Part shown: piece by piece, positions 18,471 through 24,010 of the stretch
How positions within the stretch are numbered: position 1 is the stretch's first letter
Layout of the letters: every line of letters starts with the position of its first letter
From: a virus
Lineage: Duplodnaviria > Heunggongvirae > Uroviricota > Caudoviricetes
Length of the DNA stretch: 24,010 nucleotides
Virus record (IMG/VR): IMGVR_UViG_2684622581_000006
Reading direction: 5' to 3' (one strand)
Made by a program: the position numbers and the translations under genes
Notes under the pieces: generated by a model
The model's input: only the letters and a program-made list of their open reading frames with translations
Database searches by the model: none
Told to the model about the DNA's origin: nothing

Positions 18471-18531
18471 TTCTCCTGAATTTAGATAAAGGGATGCCCG
18501 GCGGGTTTACGCCATGATTTTCATTAATTGG

Positions 18532-18873
18532 TTAATTCGGCATGGTTAGCCGTCTGGGAAATAAGCTCACCACTGCACGAAAATGATTCATTGCTTTAAT
18601 CAGCTCCCGCTTTTCGTCAGTGGTCAGCTCATTAATGCTGATGCTATGACGTTCAGCTGGAATTTTTGCCATAAAGAATATGGCAGCCAGTGCTCGTTTA
18701 TTTTGTTCGTTATTGATATCCCGTGGATCACGCATATCTTTAATAAACCGCTCAAGCTCTGACTCAATATTCAGGCCAAATACTTTCGCCCTTAACTCCG
18801 CAATGTGATTAAGTCCATTCAGGCGTTCACCGGGGCTTAATGGAACAGTCGCCGCAGCGCCATTAATTGCCAT
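18532..18873 (-). CDS. Hypothetical early protein (113 aa)
   Basis: ORF in the early operon between CII and dam; no family recognised. Confidence 0.45.
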   Translation of the reverse strand: MAINGAAATVPLSPGERLNGLNHIAELRAKVFGLNIESELERFIKDMRDPRDINNEQNKRALAAIFFMAKIPAERHSISINELTTDEKRELIKAMNHFRAVVSLFPRRLTMPN

Positions 18874-18895
18874 AATTCATATCCCCAAAACGCAA

Positions 18896-19120
18896 CTATC
18901 GTTCTTTGTTCTTACGGTAACGTTCAAGAGGAGATACATTTTTTCGTATCGTCTCTTTAACCTGCTCTCCCCGTAAAAACGTCCCATCCCTTAGCGTGAA
19001 AAAGTAACTGCCATCGCCCGACAACGACGGATAACAACAGAGCAAATCATCTTCAGGTACTGAATAACTCTCCCCTCTGTAACGAAACTGATAAACCACT
19101 TCACTTTCCGCTGCATACAT
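18896..19120 (-). CDS. Hypothetical early protein (74 aa); alternative overlapping frame 18991-19287 also plausible
   Basis: Two ORFs in different frames overlap here; the second begins at an ATG (MLTKEPSFAS...) about 10 nt after the CII stop. Cannot decide which is translated. Confidence 0.3.
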   Translation of the reverse strand: MYAAESEVVYQFRYRGESYSVPEDDLLCCYPSLSGDGSYFFTLRDGTFLRGEQVKETIRKNVSPLERYRKNKER

Positions 19121-19294
19121 TTTGACTTTCTCCGTTTCCCCGTGGTCAATTCAGACAGCAATTCATCTTGTGAACGGCACGGATGCCAGCGTTTACCATC
19201 CTCACCCATGATCCAGCCGTGACCGTAGTGCATTGCCGGGCTTTGTTTTACCAGCAGCGATGCAAATGATGGTTCTTTCGTCAGCATAAGCACC

Positions 19295-19804
19295 TCACAG
19301 CAAACCGAATGAAGCACCGAGGCCAGTCACGGTATCAACTGCACTCGCCATCGCAGGATTAGCCTGTAAACGGGCCTGCAATGAAACAGCCGCCAGCGCC
19401 ATCAGTCGTGTTACAGAGTTAATGCTGCTGATAGCATCACGACGACCTGCACTGGTTTTTACATCGCCAGATACCGCACCTGCAGCAACACGCCCGATCT
19501 CTGCGGTTGCACTCATGACGTAATGTGGCAGTTTCTCTTTTGCCACCTCATTAATTGGTACGCATGGCAGGCAGTGAATCTGTGCCAGAAAGCCATCTAC
19601 CAGCGTTGAATCTTCAGTCAGATCGGTAAGCAGCCAGATTTCTGGTGCGGTTAATAAATGAGGTTGAGCTGGATTCAGCTTGTTCCGCAGAATCTGCACT
19701 TTCATGCCTGCACGTTCTGCCAGTTGCACCAAGTTGTGGCGCAATGCAAATGCACGACATGCTTCATCAAAATGTGGATGTTTGGAAACTTGATAATCAA
19801 ACAT
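19295..19804 (-). CDS. cII: CII-like lysogeny-establishment regulator (186 CII family)
   Basis: ORF 19295-19858; start at [12 protein letters not shown] gives 169 aa, the length of 186 CII; position right after apl; sequence recalled as phage regulatory CII (CP76) type. Confidence 0.65.
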   Translation of the reverse strand: MFDYQVSKHPHFDEACRAFALRHNLVQLAERAGMKVQILRNKLNPAQPHLLTAPEIWLLTDLTEDSTLVDGFLAQIHCLPCVPINEVAKEKLPHYVMSATAEIGRVAAGAVSGDVKTSAGRRDAISSINSVTRLMALAAVSLQARLQANPAMASAVDTVTGLGASFGLL

Positions 19805-19836
19805 AGTCGACACCCCTGATACATCCCAAAATGGAA

Positions 19837-20058
19837 CTAGTTGAATACAACATTGCAATCAGTAAGTGCATCAACGGTAAGAGCAGCAAGGTTGATCATT
19901 ACCTTTTCTCTTTTTTTGTCTTTACGAAGACGATGCCGAGGGATGCGACCATCTGCCAGCATATCGTTGATTGTGTCGATTGAAAGACCAGTAAGTTCGC
20001 TATAACGCTCGATTGTGACGTGTGGTGTATTCAGAGTTATTGAAATGTTAGGGGTCAT
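19837..20058 (-). CDS. apl: Apl/Cox-like excisionase-repressor (small HTH protein)
   Basis: ORF 19837-20139; start at [10 protein letters not shown] (about 20058) is preceded by AGGAG about 10 nt upstream; 73 aa, first gene of the lytic early operon, divergent from the repressor gene. Confidence 0.6.
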   Translation of the reverse strand: MTPNISITLNTPHVTIERYSELTGLSIDTINDMLADGRIPRHRLRKDKKREKVMINLAALTVDALTDCNVVFN

Positions 20059-20146
20059 GATGCAACATCTCCTTTTAGCTTGTGGTGAGCTGGTTTTAAT
20101 CGTGATAACAACATCACAAAACGGAGAATAGGTTCGCATAAAGAAT
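20059..20146. promoter_or_regulatory. Lysis-lysogeny switch region (early lytic and repressor promoters, operators)
   Basis: 88-bp region between divergent apl and the CI-like gene; contains the inverted repeat GTGAT-aacaac-ATCAC (about 20102-20117), a candidate operator. Promoter elements not resolved. Confidence 0.35.
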
Positions 20147-21097
20147 ATGTCAACTCAAAAATTCACATTTCGCCATATGAATGACGATATGAAAGCCGCT
20201 GTCATACAGAATCGCGGTGGTCAGAAAGTAATTGAGCGGATCCTCATGGCTTATGGCTTCAAGTCACGCCAGGCATTCTGTAATCACCTAGGTATTTCCC
20301 AAAGCACGATGGCTAACAGATATGCCCGCGATACATTTCCAGCAGATTGGGTTGTTATCTGCTCGATGGAGACAGGCGCATCAATTGAATGGCTAGCATT
20401 TGGTTCAGGTGTTAAAGAAAGAATGTCATCTTCTTCACTAGAACAACATGCTGAAAAACAAACCGAAGATGGACTTTGCGACAAAGTTCACTCTTCCCCC
20501 ACTCTGTTCGATAATGAAATCCACATGAATTTCACTCATGGAGGAAAAGCAGTAATAGAACGAATTGTTGAAGCTTACGGTTACAAGACACGTCAAGCCT
20601 TAGCTGATCACCTTGGTATTTCAAAAAGCACGTTAGCCACACGATATATGCGTGATACTTTTCCTGCTGATTGGGTAATTCAGTGTGCTATCGAAACAGG
20701 AGTATCCATCACGTGGTTAGCCTTTGGGAAAGGAGATAAAATAGAAAAAAATAGCAGTTTAAACTGTATAAATATACCAAAGTTTACTCTAAATAATGCA
20801 AAATTAATTGAGAGCGGGAACTCGATATTTGATAAAAATCTGTTACCTGAAAATACGATATTTCCTTGTTTGATTGAAAATGTAAATAACTTTTACATTT
20901 GTGAAAAAAGATTCAATAATATTATTGATGGCGAGTGGATCGTTGGTATTGATGGAGATATCAGTATTCGAACAATCACTAAATTACCTAATGAAAAAAT
21001 TCAAGTAAAAAATAAAAACATAGTTTTTGAATGTTCAATAAACGAAATCGAATTTATTGCAAAGATCGTATTATCCATTAATAATGTTAGAGGTTAA
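20147..21097 (+). CDS. cI: CI-like immunity repressor with two tandem HTH (186 CI-type) domains and an AT-rich C-terminal domain
   Basis: 316 aa. Two homologous segments (VIERILMAYGFKSRQAFCNHLGISQSTMANRYARDTFPADWVVICSMETGASIEWLAFGSG and VIERIVEAYGYKTRQALADHLGISKSTLATRYMRDTFPADWVIQCAIETGVSITWLAFGKG) recalled as the 186 CI N-terminal HTH fold; divergent from apl-cII. Confidence 0.65.
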   Translation: MSTQKFTFRHMNDDMKAAVIQNRGGQKVIERILMAYGFKSRQAFCNHLGISQSTMANRYARDTFPADWVVICSMETGASIEWLAFGSGVKERMSSSSLEQHAEKQTEDGLCDKVHSSPTLFDNEIHMNFTHGGKAVIERIVEAYGYKTRQALADHLGISKSTLATRYMRDTFPADWVIQCAIETGVSITWLAFGKGDKIEKNSSLNCINIPKFTLNNAKLIESGNSIFDKNLLPENTIFPCLIENVNNFYICEKRFNNIIDGEWIVGIDGDISIRTITKLPNEKIQVKNKNIVFECSINEIEFIAKIVLSINNVRG

Positions 21098-21098
21098 A

Positions 21099-22253
21099 AT
21101 GACTGACAGCAATTATATCAATAATAATTCTCTTGAGGACACAATAGAGATAATCGAAGAAGAACAGAACGATTCTTACTCAAATGATGATTTATACAAT
21201 ATAAACTCATGGGGGGCCGATTTATCTTTTAGAGAACTTATTACAATGTATGATGAGGGCGAACTTCAGAAACCAGAACTTCAAAGAAATTATGTTTGGG
21301 ATAAAGTCGAAGCCAGTAGATTTATAGACTCATTATTGCTAGGTCTTCCTGTTCCGAGTATTTTTTTAGCAAATACGTCTGACGAAAACAAACTCATTAT
21401 AGATGGTTTTCAGAGAATCATGACTGTCTATGATTATGTGACAGGTATATGGTCAAAAGATAGTAGAGTCTTTAAACTTTCCGATAGTAGAAAAATTAAT
21501 GCAAAATGGCGTGGTAAGGCCTTTAATGAACTTACAGTTTCAGAAAAAAAGAAAATTCGCTCAACAACTATACACGCTATAATCTTTGAGCAAACCGTTC
21601 CGTCGAACGATGATACTAGCCTATATCAAATTTTTGAGCGTATAAATACTGGTGGACGTTCACTAATGGCTCAAGAAATACGTAATTGCGTATATCAAGG
21701 GAAATTAAATACTCTATTGATAGAACTAAACAATAATATCAAATGGCGTACTTTATTCGGTTCTAATAAACCAGATGCACGAATGAGAGATATGGAATTC
21801 ATTCTAAGAGGCTTGGCTCTTAACACGCAGAAAATAAAGAGTCATGAACCAGCAAATATTTCTCTAAAAAAACTCCTTAATGAATATATGGGTGATAAAG
21901 CAAATAACACCTCTGACATGATCGACACCATTAAAACCGATTTTGAAAACACCATTAATTTTATTCATGATAATATAGGACCAGATGCATTCTTTAATAT
22001 AATCCAATCAGATCCATCACGTATACGTCGTCGTTTTTATCCAACCATTTTTGATGCATTATATGTCGCAACATCCATTGCATTAAATTCAGGTGAAGAC
22101 ATAAACACTAACGATCTAGAGCATAAAAGAAATGAGTTACTACAAAATCAGACATTTCGGTCACATATCACATCTGGTACAATGCAGATAGAAAATATAC
22201 ATGGAAGAATTTCAATGGCACTGGAGTTTCTTTATGGCATTCAATATCGTTAA
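21099..22253 (+). CDS. DUF262 (ParB/Srx-like, GmrS-type N-terminal domain) protein (cargo; candidate defence component)
   Basis: ORF 21057-22253; start at MTDSNYINN (ATG about 21099) is preceded by GAGG and begins 1-2 nt after the cI stop. Contains LQRNYVWDK and IIDGFQRIMT, matching the DUF262 F/YQR.YVW and DGQQR signatures. Very AT-rich. Confidence 0.7.
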   Translation: MTDSNYINNNSLEDTIEIIEEEQNDSYSNDDLYNINSWGADLSFRELITMYDEGELQKPELQRNYVWDKVEASRFIDSLLLGLPVPSIFLANTSDENKLIIDGFQRIMTVYDYVTGIWSKDSRVFKLSDSRKINAKWRGKAFNELTVSEKKKIRSTTIHAIIFEQTVPSNDDTSLYQIFERINTGGRSLMAQEIRNCVYQGKLNTLLIELNNNIKWRTLFGSNKPDARMRDMEFILRGLALNTQKIKSHEPANISLKKLLNEYMGDKANNTSDMIDTIKTDFENTINFIHDNIGPDAFFNIIQSDPSRIRRRFYPTIFDALYVATSIALNSGEDINTNDLEHKRNELLQNQTFRSHITSGTMQIENIHGRISMALEFLYGIQYR

Positions 22254-22869
22254 TAATAATGCTAAAAATAGCATTATAGATTGTTTAAAGGAACTTGAGA
22301 GTATAGAGAAGATGATAGAATCTTCTGGCCCCACTACAACTATTGTTAAATATTTAACACGATATTCAATTATTAGAACCTGCGGAACCATTGAATATTC
22401 TTTCAAAACAATCATTAGCGATCATAAATATGATCAACATAGTGAACAAATACAAAGATTCATTGATGAAAAATTCAGAAATAGTTCAATGAACCCTAAT
22501 TACGATAATATTTGTAAGGCACTTGGTTCATTTGATAATAACTGGTGTAACAACTTTAAGGACAAAATCAAGAACGATCCGCACTCAAATAAATTACGTG
22601 ATTCGTTGAAATCTTTAAATAGAGCCAGAAATGATTTCGCTCATGGAAAAAGCCCCACAGTATCATTTCAATATATTTTCGACTATTTTATAGATAGTGT
22701 AGCCATTATTCAGAAGATGGAGTCATCAATACTTGATTTAGAAGCGACAAATACGAATATTGGATTAACTAAATCTAACGACCGAGATAATACATTTTCT
22801 GATTTAGTTAATAATTCACAAAGAAATATCGCTAATGACCCTGAAAATAATTTAAGAGCAGATTTATAG
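22234..22869 (+). CDS. Hypothetical protein with HEPN-type R-N-x-x-A-H-G motif (cargo; candidate nuclease partner of the DUF262 protein)
   Basis: ORF 22201-22869; start at MAFNIVNN (about 22234) is preceded by GGAG about 10 nt upstream and overlaps the DUF262 stop by about 20 nt. Contains LNRARNDFAHGKSP. AT-rich. Confidence 0.6.
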   Translation: MAFNIVNNNAKNSIIDCLKELESIEKMIESSGPTTTIVKYLTRYSIIRTCGTIEYSFKTIISDHKYDQHSEQIQRFIDEKFRNSSMNPNYDNICKALGSFDNNWCNNFKDKIKNDPHSNKLRDSLKSLNRARNDFAHGKSPTVSFQYIFDYFIDSVAIIQKMESSILDLEATNTNIGLTKSNDRDNTFSDLVNNSQRNIANDPENNLRADL

Positions 22870-22932
22870 CACACCCTTGTCTGTTTTAATGAAATCATAC
22901 ATTGACCACTGTATATAAGCACAGTTAAATTT

Positions 22933-22952
22933 AGCCCTCTGATATGAGGGCT
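22933..22952 (+). terminator. Hairpin immediately upstream of int (possible attenuator or RBS-sequestering structure)
   Basis: AGCCCTC-tgatat-GAGGGCT followed by TCTTT and then the int ATG. Confidence 0.35.
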
Positions 22953-22957
22953 TCTTT

Positions 22958-24010
22958 ATGGCAGTACGAAAACTCACCACAGGGAAATGGCTTTGCGAAT
23001 GTTACCCCGCCGGACGTAGTGGGCGTCGTGTGCGTAAACAATTCGCCACTAAAGGCGAAGCTCTGGCTTTTGAGCGTCACACGATGGAAGAAACCGAAGC
23101 AAAGCCCTGGCTGGGCGAACCAGTGGATCGTCGGACATTGAAAGACGTGGTTGAGCTATGGTTCAAACTACATGGTAAATCTCTGACAGCTGGGCAGCAT
23201 GTCTATGGCAAACTGCTGTTGATGGTTGACGCTCTGGGCAATCCCCTTGCAACCGATCTCACCTCTAAAATGTTTGCCCACTATAGAGATAAACGCCTGA
23301 CAGGAGAGATCTACTTCAGCGAGAAATGGAAGAAAGGAGCAAGCCCGGTCACCATTAACCTGGAGCAAAGCTATCTAAGTAGTGTTTTTAGCGAACTATC
23401 CCGCCTGGGCGAATGGTCGTATCCGAACCCACTGGAGAACATGCGAAAATTCACCATCGCAGAAAAAGAAATGGCATGGCTTACCCATGAGCAGATTGTT
23501 GAACTGCTGGCTGATTGCAAACGTCAGGACCCAATTCTGGCACTGGTAGTCAAGATATGCCTAAGCACAGGCGCACGTTGGCGAGAAGCAATAAATCTTA
23601 CCCGCTCGCAAGTGACCAAATACCGAATTACCTTTGTAAGAACGAAGGGGAAGAAAAACAGAAGCATCCCTATCAGTAAAGAGCTTTACGAAGAGATCAT
23701 GGCGCTTGATGGGTTCAATTTCTTCACAGACTGCTATTTTCAATTTTTATCCGTGATGGAAAAAACGTCTATCGTGCTCCCTCGCGGTCAACTGACACAC
23801 GTTCTGCGCCATACGTTTGCGGCGCACTTCATGATGTCGGGTGGAAACATCCTGGCCTTACAAAAAATTCTCGGACACCACGATATAAAAATGACTATGC
23901 GTTACGCACATCTGGCACCGGATCATCTGGAAACGGCGCTCCGTTTCAATCCTCTGGCAACATTGCCAAGTGGCGACAAAGTGGCGGCAGCGGTTGGCAT
24001 TACCCCGTAA
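22958..24010 (+). CDS. int: Tyrosine integrase (P2/186 family site-specific recombinase)
   Basis: 350 aa; catalytic signature ARWREA ... LTHVLRHTFAAH ... HHDIKMTMRYAHL (R, H-x-x-R, Y). The stop coincides with the window end, so attP/attL lies just outside. Confidence 0.9.
   Translation: MAVRKLTTGKWLCECYPAGRSGRRVRKQFATKGEALAFERHTMEETEAKPWLGEPVDRRTLKDVVELWFKLHGKSLTAGQHVYGKLLLMVDALGNPLATDLTSKMFAHYRDKRLTGEIYFSEKWKKGASPVTINLEQSYLSSVFSELSRLGEWSYPNPLENMRKFTIAEKEMAWLTHEQIVELLADCKRQDPILALVVKICLSTGARWREAINLTRSQVTKYRITFVRTKGKKNRSIPISKELYEEIMALDGFNFFTDCYFQFLSVMEKTSIVLPRGQLTHVLRHTFAAHFMMSGGNILALQKILGHHDIKMTMRYAHLAPDHLETALRFNPLATLPSGDKVAAAVGITP

Noticed and set aside
1-24010. CRISPR arrays, tRNA/rRNA genes, IS elements or transposase genes
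   Set aside because: No regularly spaced direct repeats, no tRNA-like cloverleaf candidates and no transposase-like ORFs were seen; the accessory DNA looks like simple cargo insertions rather than IS-mediated.

Overview
The window is almost entirely a P2/186-family temperate myovirus prophage of an enterobacterial host, read in inverted orientation relative to the standard P2 map. Right to left it runs: integrase, CI-like repressor, Apl/Cox, CII, small early genes, Dam methylase, replication protein A, a candidate cos site, then portal Q and terminase P (plus strand), and the O-N-M-L-X capsid/tail genes, a lysis cassette, tail completion and baseplate genes and the N-terminal part of tail fibre H (all minus strand). 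Family and motif assignments come from reading the supplied translations and recalling known proteins; no database search was run. My base-level indexing showed local inconsistencies of about one base, so coordinates of short motifs are approximate, while CDS coordinates follow the supplied ORF track. Two AT-rich cargo islands interrupt the GC-richer phage backbone at known P2-like accessory hotspots, and each carries a gene pair that looks like an anti-phage system. Island 1 (about 11965-14700, between Q and A) has a TIR-domain protein and a 389-aa protein with an R-N-x-x-A-H-G HEPN-type motif, with the candidate cos site lying between them. Island 2 (about 20700-22900, between the repressor and integrase) has a DUF262/ParB-like protein followed by an overlapping 211-222-aa protein with the same HEPN-type motif, apparently translationally coupled to an unusual tandem-HTH CI-like repressor. 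These two islands are the most likely place for an undescribed system.
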